From a virus: a stretch of DNA of 64,000 nucleotides. The notes under the pieces were generated by a model. That model did no database searches. It saw nothing but the letters and a program-made list of their open reading frames with translations, and was not told the origin of the DNA. Each line of letters begins with the position of its first letter. The stretch's first letter is position 1. The position numbers and the translations under genes were made by a program. Positions 43,795 to 53,918 of this stretch are shown here, one piece after another. The stretch covers positions 1 to 64,000 of IMG/VR virus record IMGVR_UViG_3300043449_002204; one strand, given 5' to 3'.

Positions 43795-44418
43795 TTACTC
43801 TATCTCATTTATATTATAATAGTAGCAATCACCGTCCTCAGCGACCCACCTATCAGATAAAGTTTCAACCGAAGGTAAATCAGTATCCACTTTTATTTCT
43901 TTTGGTTCTATTGGAAACTTATTTGTTACCCAATTTGAGTCCTTCCAAAATATTCTATTATTTGGTTGACATAATAGATATCCATCATCAGCAATTAATA
44001 TATGACCACACTTATAATCTGATGGTTCGTCAGAATATGAATTTCTATACCAATCAACAGTCATTAAATATGTTGCCCAAATTTTTGACCCATCTCTTAA
44101 AACAACCTGACATCTTTTTTCATATAGATATTCATAAGTTGTAACTGCAACGTTTTCAGAAAAACAATCCCAAAGTTGTTTAAAATGAAAAGGTATATCA
44201 TTATCAGGTTCTTTGATGAATATTTCAGAAATAGGAACCCTTGACCTTAACATACCGTAATCGGTCATTATATGAAATGTCAAAATTTTACCGGCAATGG
44301 ATTGAATTGCAAAAGCGTACGCTTTATGAAATTTATTATCATCTTCAGGATTTTTTGTAAAATGTGAGACTCTAACCAAACACTTAAACAATTCAATGTT
44401 TTCATTATATACTGCCAT
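43795..44418 (-). CDS. Conserved-looking phage hypothetical protein (207 aa; start moved to MAVYNE at 44418)
   Basis: The longer call (44499) would overlap nrdA and run through its terminator. The ATG at 44418 follows a TATTTAT motif. Motifs include QLWDCFS and QPNNRIFW. Confidence 0.75.
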   Translation of the reverse strand: MAVYNENIELFKCLVRVSHFTKNPEDDNKFHKAYAFAIQSIAGKILTFHIMTDYGMLRSRVPISEIFIKEPDNDIPFHFKQLWDCFSENVAVTTYEYLYEKRCQVVLRDGSKIWATYLMTVDWYRNSYSDEPSDYKCGHILIADDGYLLCQPNNRIFWKDSNWVTNKFPIEPKEIKVDTDLPSVETLSDRWVAEDGDCYYYNINEIE

Positions 44419-44422
44419 ATTA

Positions 44423-44429
44423 ATAAATA
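44423..44429 (-). promoter_or_regulatory. TATTTAT motif, putative phage late promoter
   Basis: Between the nrdA terminator and the ATG at 44418. Confidence 0.5.
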
Positions 44430-44437
44430 TCTTAAAC

Positions 44438-44464
44438 AAAAAAATCCCGATTTCTCGGGATTTT
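44438..44464 (-). terminator. Intrinsic terminator after nrdA
   Basis: Inverted repeat AAAATCCCGA-tttc-TCGGGATTTT with a U-tract on the - strand, 4 nt after the nrdA stop. Confidence 0.75.
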
Positions 44465-44467
44465 ATT

Positions 44468-46900
44468 TTATGAGGAACATCCAAAACAATCAAATTCACT
44501 ATTTGCCGGTTTTGGTGGTAAATTCATATGACTATAATCAACCTTTGGTGGTTCAGGTGTTACATTTGGTTTTGATGTTTTTGATATATCTACCGCCAAG
44601 TGTTTTGCCCCTGTTGAAATCGCCTTTGTTCTAACATAATAACAAAGTGTTTTCAATCCTTTTTCCCAACCATAAAAGTGTGATGATGAAATCTTTGATA
44701 GAGTTGGATTAGACATATAGATATTCATTGACTGTGATTGGTCAATAAACGGAGCTCTATCGGCCGCCATCTCAATTAATTCCTTTTGTGAAATTTCCCA
44801 AATTGTTTTGTACTTAGGAATTAAGTGTTCGATTCTTTTAACTTTTTTATTGTATTGTTTATCTTCCGCGTCGAGATAATTGTTAAAATTAATTCCTTGT
44901 ACCGAACCTTCATTAAGAATGATTTCATTCTTTAAGTCCTCACACCAGATTCCAATCTTTTCAAAGTCATTAATCAAATACTTGTTAACAATCATAATCT
45001 CACCTCCAACCACACGTCGATTAAATATAGCCGAGTGAGCCGGTTCTGTCATTTCATATGAACCTGTAATTTTGGCTGATGAAGCGACAGGCATTTGAGC
45101 AGTGAATAAAGAGTTACAAACACCATAATCTTTAACTTCTTCCTTTAATGAGTTCCAATCCCATCTTCCTGATAAATCACCTTCATTGAGTCCCCACATA
45201 TCAAATTGGAATATTCCTTCTGACATTGGCGAGCCATTAAAGAAATCATATGGTTTATATTCTTCTGACTTACATAAACGACAACTTTCAGTAATTGCCG
45301 CAAAATAAATTGTTTCAAATATTTCTTTATTCAGTTTCTTAGCCTCTTCTGATGTGAATATATAATCCATCAAATAGAAAACATCGGCAAGTCCTTGAGT
45401 TCCAATGGCAATTGCTCTTTGTTCACGACCACCCTTGTTTCCTTTTTCAGTTGAGTAGTTGTTAATGTCTACAACTTTGTTGAGGGCTCTAACAACTTTA
45501 CGAGTTTCTTCATATAACAACTGGTGGTCAAATGTTCCATCTTTAATGAAGTTCTTTAATACCATAGATGACAACGTACAAATCGCAGTTGTGTTCTCAT
45601 CTGTATATTGGTAAATCTCATTACAAAGATTTGACTGTTTGATTACACCAATATTTTGGTGGTTTGTCTTTTTGTTTGCATTGTCCTTTGAGCAAAGATA
45701 TGGGACGCCAGTTTCAATTTGTGACTCAATAATCTTTGACCAAATTTCTTGTGCCTTAACTTTTTTACCAAGTCCTAATTGAACTGCTTTATTATAGTTT
45801 TCTTCGTATTCATCACCGTAACATTCTTGGAGAGGTTTGACACCAGCTTTCTTAATATCATTAGGACAGAACAAATACCAATCACCGTTGTTTTTAACAG
45901 CTCTCATAAAGTTATCAGGAATCCAAAGTGCGGTAAATAAGTCACGGGCTCTTAACTCTTCTGCCCCTGTATTCTTTTTAATATCCAAAAGGTCAAAAAT
46001 ATCTTTGTGCCAAGGTTCCAAATAAATTGCGGCTGAACCTGGTCTGCGTCCTTGTTGATTAAAGAATCGAAGTGATTCATTAACAATTTTTAAATATTTT
46101 AAAAGTCCACCAGCATATCCACCTGAAGATGAAATACGACTTTCTTTACTGCGAATATTCGACATAGAAAGACCAATACCCGCAGCATCTGATGAGTAGG
46201 TTGAAATATCCCTCATCGTATTCAATAGTCCTTCTCGTGAATCTGAATCATTATAATGAAGAACACAAGATGCAAGTTGTGGAACTTTTGTGCCGGCATT
46301 AATCATAATCGGTGTTGCCGGTGAAATAAGCTGACTTGATAATGACTTATAATATTCAACCGCCTCATCAAATGATTTAGTAACCCAAATCGCAACACGC
46401 ATATACATATGTTGTGGACGTTCAACTGTTTTACCATCTGGTAATTTTAAAAGATACATCTCTTGTAATGACCTCCAAGCAAAGTAATCAAAATTATAAT
46501 CATTGTCATGATTAATAACCTCATCGATGTTTGATGGGCCGTAACTCTCAATCATTTCCATAAATTTATCATTTACAATACCATCCACATGTAACGCGTG
46601 CATTGTGTTTGAAAAACTTGGGTTGGTTTCTTTATGGTATGATGATATTGCAACCGATGAAGCAAGACGAGAATAATCGTGATGACTACCTGTATAAGCC
46701 GCAGCTATCTCATAGACTAATTTGTCCAATTCTTTTGTGGTAATTTCTCCTTCAGTCGGTACCGAAGTAATCACCTTAATAAAGATTTCATCTGAATTTA
46801 CATTCAGACCTTTTGCCGCCCTTTTAATACGGTGATATATTTTCTGTGGGTTAAAAGACGCATCTTCCCCACCTCTTTTTTTAATTTTTAGTGACATCAT
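44468..46900 (-). CDS. nrdA: Ribonucleotide reductase class Ia alpha subunit with ATP cone
   Basis: N-terminal ATP cone, ATPIMINAG, LASC, SNLCNEI, TLCYYVR and C-terminal CFGC. Confidence 0.97.
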   Translation of the reverse strand: MMSLKIKKRGGEDASFNPQKIYHRIKRAAKGLNVNSDEIFIKVITSVPTEGEITTKELDKLVYEIAAAYTGSHHDYSRLASSVAISSYHKETNPSFSNTMHALHVDGIVNDKFMEMIESYGPSNIDEVINHDNDYNFDYFAWRSLQEMYLLKLPDGKTVERPQHMYMRVAIWVTKSFDEAVEYYKSLSSQLISPATPIMINAGTKVPQLASCVLHYNDSDSREGLLNTMRDISTYSSDAAGIGLSMSNIRSKESRISSSGGYAGGLLKYLKIVNESLRFFNQQGRRPGSAAIYLEPWHKDIFDLLDIKKNTGAEELRARDLFTALWIPDNFMRAVKNNGDWYLFCPNDIKKAGVKPLQECYGDEYEENYNKAVQLGLGKKVKAQEIWSKIIESQIETGVPYLCSKDNANKKTNHQNIGVIKQSNLCNEIYQYTDENTTAICTLSSMVLKNFIKDGTFDHQLLYEETRKVVRALNKVVDINNYSTEKGNKGGREQRAIAIGTQGLADVFYLMDYIFTSEEAKKLNKEIFETIYFAAITESCRLCKSEEYKPYDFFNGSPMSEGIFQFDMWGLNEGDLSGRWDWNSLKEEVKDYGVCNSLFTAQMPVASSAKITGSYEMTEPAHSAIFNRRVVGGEIMIVNKYLINDFEKIGIWCEDLKNEIILNEGSVQGINFNNYLDAEDKQYNKKVKRIEHLIPKYKTIWEISQKELIEMAADRAPFIDQSQSMNIYMSNPTLSKISSSHFYGWEKGLKTLCYYVRTKAISTGAKHLAVDISKTSKPNVTPEPPKVDYSHMNLPPKPANSEFDCFGCSS

Positions 46901-46919
46901 AGTTTATAAAAATAACAAA

Positions 46920-47867
46920 TTAAAAGTCATCGGTAAAGGACAAAGTTTCATTCAACTTTGCTTTTTGATATTCAACTGTTCTTGATTCAAAGAAATTACC
47001 TTTGGTCTCAACGGCAATTTGTTCCATGAATTTAAATGGTTGCTCAACATTAAATTGTTTCTTACAACCCAACTTAACTAATAATCCATCAACAACAAAT
47101 TCAAGGTATTGTTTCATTAAGTTTGAATTCATTCCAATTAGTGAAACAGGAAGTGACTCTGTGATAAATTCCTTCTCGATTTCAAGGGCCGACAATAGAA
47201 TTTCTTTGATTCTCTTTTCACTTGGTTTGTCCTCACAGTGATTATTCAAAAGGTGAATTGCGAAATCACAGTGAAGGTTCTCATCTTTAAAGATAAGTGA
47301 ATTAGCATTACACAAACCTTGCATAAGTCCTCGTGATTTTAACCAAAATATCGAACAAAATGACCCTGAAAAGAATATTCCTTCAACCGCGGCAAATGCC
47401 ACAAGTCTTTCTTGGAATGATGCATTGGTAATCCAATCAAGTGCCCACTTTGCTTTTTTCTGAACTGCGGGAAGTCTATCAATTGCATTGAAACATTCGT
47501 CTTTTTCTTTTGGATTTGACACATATGTATCAATCAAAAGTGAATACATTAAACTGTGAATGTTCTCCATCGCTAGTTGCATTCCGTAAAAGAATTTAGC
47601 TTCGGGATATTGTACTTCTCGGTAGAAATTTTCTGCCAAGTTTTCATTAACAATACCGTCCGATGCGGCGAAGAATGATAAAACATTCTTTACAAAGAAT
47701 TGTTCGTTTTCAGATAAGTTTTCCCAATCTCGGATATCTCCCGACAAATCAACTTCCTCAGCTGTCCAAAATGCCGCTTGGTGCATTTTATAATATTCCC
47801 ATATATCGTTATGTTCGATAGGAAATATCACAAACCTATTAGGGTTCTCTACTAAAATCTTTTCCAT
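46920..47867 (-). CDS. nrdB: Ribonucleotide reductase class Ia beta subunit
   Basis: [30 protein letters not shown] (radical Tyr), [15 protein letters not shown] and NFFE.R..EY. Confidence 0.97.
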   Translation of the reverse strand: MEKILVENPNRFVIFPIEHNDIWEYYKMHQAAFWTAEEVDLSGDIRDWENLSENEQFFVKNVLSFFAASDGIVNENLAENFYREVQYPEAKFFYGMQLAMENIHSLMYSLLIDTYVSNPKEKDECFNAIDRLPAVQKKAKWALDWITNASFQERLVAFAAVEGIFFSGSFCSIFWLKSRGLMQGLCNANSLIFKDENLHCDFAIHLLNNHCEDKPSEKRIKEILLSALEIEKEFITESLPVSLIGMNSNLMKQYLEFVVDGLLVKLGCKKQFNVEQPFKFMEQIAVETKGNFFESRTVEYQKAKLNETLSFTDDF

Positions 47868-47872
47868 ATTAA

Positions 47873-49255
47873 TTAATTATTTTGTTGTTCTCTTTGTTTT
47901 CTTTTTTCGAGCAAATCTTTGATTCGCTGTCTGTTGTTTTCCTCTTTTTGTTCTTCAAGTCCCAAGAATGTTACGGAACTTTCGGTATCAATCTCTAACA
48001 TACCGTTATCGAACTTACAATTTTCAAACACAATACCATCGTCACCAATTCTTGATTTGGTTATTGCAATTGTGGCGAGTTTCATCTCTTTTTGTTGTAG
48101 TGTTTTTGCAACAGAGATAATAACGTGACCAACTTGGGCTTTTTTAATTGACCCACCCATTTGGTCTGTTGTTACAACCTCTGATGATATAGAACTTCTA
48201 TTACCCTGTGTTGCCGTCCACCCAACTAGATTCAACTCGTGACACATCGCCTCAAACCCTCTCATAACTGAACCTTCACTTTTCCACTCATCACCCAAAT
48301 TCTTATCGGGAACTATACAATCAATGTAATCCAAAACTATCATGTCTAATTTAACTCCATCTGCAATCATCTTACGAATTTGGTTTTTGATTTGCAGTAT
48401 TGTTAAAGTATCAGATGGTAGTTTCTTTAAAATGAGACGGTTTTCCATCTTACTCTGTACCTCTCTAACCTTATCCATTACCTCATCTTTCTTATTTGAT
48501 AACTCATCAGGGTGGACTTTTGTCCAAAGTGTGATGTGTTTACGTTGGATAATTTTTGGATTATCCTCAAAGAATATTTGAAGTACATTGTATCCCAAAT
48601 TAAATGCGTGGTTTGATATTTTGGTTAAGAATGTAGACTTACCTACTCCTGTGGGGGCTAAGATAACACCTAATTCTCCTTTTGCCAAACCTCCCTTTAA
48701 CAATCTGTCAATACCAGGTATTCCCATTGGGATTGGATGACGATAGTCTTCGTTAAGTACATCGTCCAAATTAGAAAATACATCTGACATACCATCTTCA
48801 CGTTCTCCAACTTGTAGCGCTTCTCTAACTAGTTCTTCGAGTTTATCGTAACTCTCAAACTCACCCCCATCAATAACTTTTTGAGCCTTTGTAATTGCTT
48901 TTTGAAGTTCTTGTTGTTTGCAGAATTTAAGTGCCTTTTCTTGTACAAATTGAGAACCTTCAATTGGACATTCTTTAATTTTTGTAATTGTATCTAATAC
49001 AATTTTGGATGCTAGTTCTTGCTGTAATTCTGATTTGGTTATTTGCTCTAACGTATCGAATGTTGGTACGTGTTCGTATTTTGAATGGTACTCCTTAATC
49101 ATTTGCAAGATGATTTTGAAGTACTTATTTTCAAAATATTGTTGTTCTATAACGTCAATTATTGACCTTCCAAAATCCTTGTCAACGATGATTTGGTTTA
49201 TTAGTTGTACCTGAAATGAAGAACCCAAATAATCGAAATTTTTGTTTGACGCCAT
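47873..49255 (-). CDS. dnaB: Replicative DnaB-like (T4 gp41-type) DNA helicase
   Basis: Walker [10 protein letters not shown], Walker [16 protein letters not shown] and KSR finger. Confidence 0.9.
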   Translation of the reverse strand: MASNKNFDYLGSSFQVQLINQIIVDKDFGRSIIDVIEQQYFENKYFKIILQMIKEYHSKYEHVPTFDTLEQITKSELQQELASKIVLDTITKIKECPIEGSQFVQEKALKFCKQQELQKAITKAQKVIDGGEFESYDKLEELVREALQVGEREDGMSDVFSNLDDVLNEDYRHPIPMGIPGIDRLLKGGLAKGELGVILAPTGVGKSTFLTKISNHAFNLGYNVLQIFFEDNPKIIQRKHITLWTKVHPDELSNKKDEVMDKVREVQSKMENRLILKKLPSDTLTILQIKNQIRKMIADGVKLDMIVLDYIDCIVPDKNLGDEWKSEGSVMRGFEAMCHELNLVGWTATQGNRSSISSEVVTTDQMGGSIKKAQVGHVIISVAKTLQQKEMKLATIAITKSRIGDDGIVFENCKFDNGMLEIDTESSVTFLGLEEQKEENNRQRIKDLLEKRKQREQQNN

Positions 49256-49277
49256 AAGAAATAAATTGTTGTGTTAG

Positions 49278-49284
49278 ATAAATA
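49278..49284 (-). promoter_or_regulatory. TATTTAT motif upstream of the helicase
   Basis: About 22 nt upstream of the ATG at 49255. Confidence 0.4.
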
Positions 49285-49737
49285 TTAGGGTTTCAGAGTA
49301 ATTCCAGCGTACTCGTAAGTTAAATTTTTCGACGAAAAAATGTCAGTCAAAGTCGAAAGCAAACTTTTTATGTGAGGACGGATGTCTACGGTGTATCTTA
49401 TTTTAGGTGGGAAAATTTTAGCGTCGATATGATGCTGACAAATTGTCATATCGCCTTGTCTAATAAAGATGTTGAAATGCTCTGGACCGTCAGTATATGA
49501 CGTGTCGAGGAGTGAAGGATTACTTTGAATCTCATAAGAATTTTCAAGCATGTAATCAATTGTTTTCATCTTCAACTGATTAAGGAACATACCTTTAAAC
49601 TCGTTGAGATACTCCAACAATTCCGCCGAATACTTCGCGTCATAATTGTAATCTCTAACATTAAAAAATCTCTGAACGATGATGTTATCATTAACCATCA
49701 TCAAAAACTCCAACTTGGTTGAATCTTGCTCTTTCAT
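49285..49737 (-). CDS. Hypothetical protein in the replication cassette
   Basis: 150-aa ORF filling the gap between the exonuclease and helicase genes. Confidence 0.7.
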   Translation of the reverse strand: MKEQDSTKLEFLMMVNDNIIVQRFFNVRDYNYDAKYSAELLEYLNEFKGMFLNQLKMKTIDYMLENSYEIQSNPSLLDTSYTDGPEHFNIFIRQGDMTICQHHIDAKIFPPKIRYTVDIRPHIKSLLSTLTDIFSSKNLTYEYAGITLKP

Positions 49738-49743
49738 AAAAAT

Positions 49744-50748
49744 TTACTTTTTGGTTTTAAATTGCTTTTTTTCTTTTCTTGTTAATTTCATAAACGGTTT
49801 TACGAAGTTTACCCACGCTTCGTCGTGTTTTGGGAGAAATTTAAAGAACCCATCATCCATCATCATTCGGATTAGGTTTCTGTGTCCTCTTCCCTCAGGG
49901 TCTAATGTTTCACTATAATATAATTTAACGATTTCCTTACCTTCCTCTGTGATTAACGGATTAGACAAATCCACGATTTTGTTGTTAATCTCAAAAAATT
50001 CATTTCCATAGATACCTGATTTTGTTTTACCTGAAAGTAAGTTTTGTAAAATTTTGTTTTCTTTGTCCTCGGTTAATAATACCTCGGCTCTTGTTAAAAT
50101 ATCGTTAAAAGAAACCTCACGGTCAAGTATCTCAGGAAATAATTTAACTAAAGTTTTTTCACCCAAATAATAGATACCATCAATGTTATCTGATTTATCA
50201 CCTGATATTATCTTATACGTTTTAACATTATAGTGGGGTATCTCAACCTCGTGTAGTTTGATAAAATCACCTTTTTTATAGGTTAATCTTTTACTAGGTG
50301 AGTATATAGACACGTTTTGTGATATAAGCTGTGTTAGGTCTTTATCACTCGAGAAAATGGTTATAATCTCGTCGTTTGCAATCTGACAATAATACGCAAT
50401 AAGGTCATCCGCCTCATTGTTATTAATATCAACCTGACGAACAAACATCTCTTCAAGATATTGTTTTACTCTATGCTTTTGTTCGTAAAACGATTCTTCT
50501 TTAAAGTCATAACCAGGTTTTCTGTTCTCCTTGTATTGGGGGTAAATTATTTTTCTTGTGAGGGAACTACCTTCACCATCCCAAAACACAACTACTTTAT
50601 CAAAGTTTTCTTCTTCGATAAATCGTCGGGTAGTATTTAGAAAATGCCAAATACCCCCAACGTGTTTACCTTCGTGAAATAAATCTTTCACACCGTGAAA
50701 TCCAATTTTTAATAAATTGTTTCCGTCAATTAATAATGTTTTGGTCAC
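49744..50748 (-). CDS. 5'-3' exonuclease/flap endonuclease (T4 RNase H/Pol I N-terminal type)
   Basis: LLIDGNNL, VFWDG, YKENR, EADDLIA, SSDKDLTQL and GDKSDNIDG; GTG start. Confidence 0.93.
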   Translation of the reverse strand: MTKTLLIDGNNLLKIGFHGVKDLFHEGKHVGGIWHFLNTTRRFIEEENFDKVVVFWDGEGSSLTRKIIYPQYKENRKPGYDFKEESFYEQKHRVKQYLEEMFVRQVDINNNEADDLIAYYCQIANDEIITIFSSDKDLTQLISQNVSIYSPSKRLTYKKGDFIKLHEVEIPHYNVKTYKIISGDKSDNIDGIYYLGEKTLVKLFPEILDREVSFNDILTRAEVLLTEDKENKILQNLLSGKTKSGIYGNEFFEINNKIVDLSNPLITEEGKEIVKLYYSETLDPEGRGHRNLIRMMMDDGFFKFLPKHDEAWVNFVKPFMKLTRKEKKQFKTKK

Positions 50749-50759
50749 CTTTTATTTGG

Positions 50760-51770
50760 TTAAGGTTCTACTTCTTCTTTCAAATCAAAATCTAAGTCAG
50801 ACACGCCCAAAATATCTTTCCAATATTCAGCATGTTCTTTTTTGTAATTTTCAATGGATGCCTTTTCTTCGGCAGGTTCTTTACCTGCCATAAATCCATG
50901 TGGTGTTACAATAATTTTACCATCCTCATACCCCAAACCATTGATGTGGTTTTTTAGTACAGATATTTTAGTACGAGTTGCAAACTTAACAGTTCTCTTA
51001 TCTTTTGTGGCGGTAATCTTTGTGGTACCAGCACCTTTTTGATTACCAAACAAAAACACCAAAGATGAGTTCAACCAAATTGCTTCACCACCTTTTGCCT
51101 TAATTTTTGGTTGACCAAAAGGATTATCAGGTAATTCAACCCAAGGCTGATTAACAATTACAAGTGTATTCTCAAATTTCGAGTCCGCTTTACGACTACC
51201 TGAGATTCGTTGGTTAATACCCATACCAATCTTGTCGGCAAGAACCGAAGCGTTGTGTTGTTTACCACCTTTACCTTCAAAAGTCATCTTACAAGGAACT
51301 GAACCAACTGAATCCCAAAGGAAAAGCAAACTGTAATCCAATTCACCTTTTTCCTGAGCGTCCAACAAGTTGTTGATATATTCTGTAATTTGTTCGATAT
51401 AATCGAAGTTATTGTTAAATAGATAAAATCCATCCCAATCAATTTCACCTGTTGATTCATCAACAACTTCTTCACACTGAAACCCCATAATACGAGCGTG
51501 TTCAAATGACCACTTTTGTTCGGTAATAATGAACACAGGAAGAATTCCTTTTTTCTGAGCATCAACTGCCGCCTTTACAAGTGCAGTAGTTTTACCCGTA
51601 TCAGAGTGACCCAAGAACATATTAATATGTCCTATTGCCGGCCCTGGTATTCCAACCGCATCCAAAAATTCTGTACCCAAGTCAAAATATCTTTGAGGTT
51701 TATATTTTGCCGAAGTAGAGAATTTAGATTTGATTGAATCTAAACCTAATTCTTTTTTCTTAATTGCCAT
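50760..51770 (-). CDS. recA: RecA/UvsX-like recombinase
   Basis: Walker A GHSDTGKTT, FLWDSVGS, IVNQ, KGGEAI and KNHING; adjacent to an SSB gene. Confidence 0.88.
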   Translation of the reverse strand: MAIKKKELGLDSIKSKFSTSAKYKPQRYFDLGTEFLDAVGIPGPAIGHINMFLGHSDTGKTTALVKAAVDAQKKGILPVFIITEQKWSFEHARIMGFQCEEVVDESTGEIDWDGFYLFNNNFDYIEQITEYINNLLDAQEKGELDYSLLFLWDSVGSVPCKMTFEGKGGKQHNASVLADKIGMGINQRISGSRKADSKFENTLVIVNQPWVELPDNPFGQPKIKAKGGEAIWLNSSLVFLFGNQKGAGTTKITATKDKRTVKFATRTKISVLKNHINGLGYEDGKIIVTPHGFMAGKEPAEEKASIENYKKEHAEYWKDILGVSDLDFDLKEEVEP

Positions 51771-51984
51771 TGTTATCGATTTTAATTAGTGCTTGGATGA
51801 TTTCCAATTTGTCTTTTGCATTGGCATACTTATCCAAAAATTTATCCATTTCTTCCAAGTGTTGTGGATGTTCTCCGATACCAACAGGATTGTTAAAATA
51901 GATTAATAATGTTGCTTCCGCCTCTGCGATTTCAGCCTCATATTTTTTTACGAGAGCTTTAAACATACTTTCCGCAATTTTCAT
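51760..51984 (-). CDS. Small helical phage protein with a GIGEHP motif
   Basis: 74 aa, NPVGIGEHPQHLEEMDK; overlaps the recA start. Confidence 0.75.
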   Translation of the reverse strand: MKIAESMFKALVKKYEAEIAEAEATLLIYFNNPVGIGEHPQHLEEMDKFLDKYANAKDKLEIIQALIKIDNNGN

Positions 51985-51998
51985 AAAATAAAAGTTTT

Positions 51999-52037
51999 AA
52001 AAAAGCGTGGACACTATGTCTTTTCTAGTGTCCACGC
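51999..52037 (-). terminator. Intrinsic terminator after ssb
   Basis: Perfect 12-bp stem GCGTGGACACTA/TAGTGTCCACGC (52005-52037) followed by six U on the - strand. Confidence 0.85.
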
Positions 52038-52046
52038 CAAAGTTTA

Positions 52047-52892
52047 TTAGAATGGTAAATCACCATCGGGTTCGTCTTCGGATTGTGGGTCAGAAATTCC
52101 ACCACCAACAGACATAGTTTCTTCAACTGAATTGCCGTAAACATATTTTCCAGCGTCTGAATCCCAACGTGGAGTTTCACCACGAGCGATTGCTTCCAAA
52201 TAATCTACCGGCTTTTTAGAATATACATCAGCCCAAGTAAGTTCATCATTAACCCAAGAATCAGAAATCTTCTTATCTTCATGTACCGCACTTGGGTCAT
52301 CATACATAATCGTTTGGATTACTGTATAAGTCGCACCCTTTGGGGTTTTTGCTTTGGTCATTTCAAGAATAATGTCACGACCTTTATCAGGGTCAGTAAT
52401 ATCACCTTTTGCTCTCCAAATCGGAATGATTTTGTCGAGAATACCCTCGTTCTTGTAATTGTGTTTGAAACGCCAGAACTTAACACCATCCTGTTCGTTA
52501 TCACGGTCAATAACTTTTACAATATAAAACTTACGTGGCTTATATTGTTTTGCAAGTTCTTTGTCCGCTTCTTTACCAGTTGACATAAGTTCTTCATAAA
52601 CTTCAGTCAAAGGAGAACGCTCGTTATCGTTTTTTCCAGGGTCGTAGATTTTATTCCACTTACCATCAACTTGAACTTCATGATACCATACTTCTTTGAA
52701 TGGTGAGCTTCCGTCTTTTGTTGGAAGAATTCGGAGTCGTTTTTGACCTTGTTTTTCGCTGTCTTTGAGAATCGCAGCGAAATACTTTTTCATTCTTTCA
52801 TCTTGTGACATTTTTGAGGTGTTAGATGAACCACCTTGACTTGCTTTTTCATACTGTGCAAGTACAGCATCTAAGGAATTGTTTGTCGCCAT
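52047..52892 (-). CDS. ssb: Single-stranded DNA-binding protein (T4 gp32-like)
   Basis: LRILP, YIVKVIDR and DITDPDKGRDI motifs, plus an acidic tail ending DGDLPF. Confidence 0.85.
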   Translation of the reverse strand: MATNNSLDAVLAQYEKASQGGSSNTSKMSQDERMKKYFAAILKDSEKQGQKRLRILPTKDGSSPFKEVWYHEVQVDGKWNKIYDPGKNDNERSPLTEVYEELMSTGKEADKELAKQYKPRKFYIVKVIDRDNEQDGVKFWRFKHNYKNEGILDKIIPIWRAKGDITDPDKGRDIILEMTKAKTPKGATYTVIQTIMYDDPSAVHEDKKISDSWVNDELTWADVYSKKPVDYLEAIARGETPRWDSDAGKYVYGNSVEETMSVGGGISDPQSEDEPDGDLPF

Positions 52893-52916
52893 AATATAAA
52901 AATTTAAATTGTTTAC

Positions 52917-52948
52917 TAAATATAAGTGTCAGCCGTAGTGTAGTCAAA
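52917..52948 (-). promoter_or_regulatory. Host-RNAP-type early/middle promoter upstream of ssb
   Basis: The - strand reads TTGACT-N17-TATATT (52947-52919). It can also be read as Bacteroidota-type TTTG-N20-TATATTTA (consensus TAnnTTTG). It sits just after a terminator. Confidence 0.65.
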
Positions 52949-52951
52949 TGT

Positions 52952-52977
52952 AAAAGGGGTCTTTTAAACCCCTTTTT
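52952..52977. terminator. Intrinsic (potentially bidirectional) terminator separating structural genes from the replication cassette
   Basis: AAAAGGGGT-cttttaa-ACCCCTTTT, immediately after the stop of 52979..53677. Confidence 0.8.
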
Positions 52978-52978
52978 A

Positions 52979-53677
52979 TTATCTAATTTGTTTAAAATCT
53001 TGTATGCCATTTTCATTCTCATCATCAAAGTTTCTAAAACTTTTTTTGATTTCATTTGGGGAATACCCTTCAACTTCATCCGAAGTTAGAACATAGTCAT
53101 TTTTCCCTGTTTTTTCAAGCTCCTCTTGTTTGTCATCAAAAAACTGCGATAGCTTTTGATTGAATGGACCTGAATCTAAACTTCTAAGTTCCAATTTTTC
53201 TTCAGGAGTTTTTGGTCTATACTTTTCAACTTTCATCTCCAAGTCATTCAATTTACTAACAATTGAATCCATATTACCAAGTTTTGATTCTAAGTCTTCA
53301 AGATGTTTGAATAGGTTATCAAAATATTCTTCTTGTTTTTTCTCAACGTTTTGTTGTGACTTAACAAGGTCTGTTATTTCGAGTTCTTTACTACCTTTAT
53401 CTTTCTCACCACCAACTTTTTCAACATCAGGGTCTGCCTCAACATCTACAGGTTGTGGTTCAGCCGCGGCTGCCGGTGGTGCTGGTGGAGCTCCTGCAGC
53501 TGCAGGGTCACCAGGAGGTGGAGGTAATGCCGCCCCCGCCGCTGGGTCGCCGGGAGGGGGTGGTAATGCCGCGGCCGGGTCTTCCGCCGGAGGTGGTGGA
53601 ACATCTTGTTCCATTATATATCGATTGATATTATTATACCTTTTAATTTCTTCTAAAATTTTATTATCGATTGACAT
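52979..53677 (-). CDS. Acidic coiled-coil protein with a Pro/Ala-rich insert; possible head/scaffold-type protein
   Basis: 232 aa; ILEEIKRYNNINRYIMEQ N-terminus, LPPPPGDPAA repeats and a heptad-like segment. Confidence 0.7.
   Translation of the reverse strand: MSIDNKILEEIKRYNNINRYIMEQDVPPPPAEDPAAALPPPPGDPAAGAALPPPPGDPAAAGAPPAPPAAAAEPQPVDVEADPDVEKVGGEKDKGSKELEITDLVKSQQNVEKKQEEYFDNLFKHLEDLESKLGNMDSIVSKLNDLEMKVEKYRPKTPEEKLELRSLDSGPFNQKLSQFFDDKQEELEKTGKNDYVLTSDEVEGYSPNEIKKSFRNFDDENENGIQDFKQIR
53461..53600 (-). repeat. GC-rich Pro/Ala low-complexity repeat (LPPPPGDPAA x2 plus variants)
   Basis: Visibly GC-rich island within the 232-aa ORF. Confidence 0.8.
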
Positions 53678-53681
53678 GTTA

Positions 53682-53906
53682 TTAACCGTTTAAAAGTTGT
53701 TTAACTCCGGTCATAGTTTCGACCTGAATTTTTTTATTTTGTTTCATTGTGTTGTCGACTCTTTCAATCAAACCATCTTTCATTCTTAAAGTGTAACACT
53801 CACCAGTGTCCAAATCACAAACTTCTTTATAACCATTACCGGTTTCTTTTTCTGTGATACGAGTATTTTTACCCAAATATCTGTCTAATACTTCTTTTGT
53901 GCTCAT
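53682..53906 (-). CDS. Small hypothetical protein (CDLDTGEC motif)
   Basis: 74-aa ORF preceded by TATTTATA. Confidence 0.7.
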   Translation of the reverse strand: MSTKEVLDRYLGKNTRITEKETGNGYKEVCDLDTGECYTLRMKDGLIERVDNTMKQNKKIQVETMTGVKQLLNG

Positions 53907-53918
53907 AGTATTTTTATT

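Noticed and set aside
44419-44499. N-terminal extension of ORF 43795..44499
   Set aside because: It overlaps the nrdA 3' end and terminator; the ATG at 44418 is better supported.
44468-47867. Eukaryotic or giant-virus (NCLDV) origin, suggested by the RNR and mucin-like proteins
   Set aside because: Contractile-tail baseplate genes, a gp32-like SSB, operon packing and intrinsic terminators indicate a bacteriophage.
44468-51770. Inteins or introns in nrdA, nrdB, helicase or recA
   Set aside because: All four have ordinary lengths, contiguous motifs and no splicing or homing-endonuclease signatures.
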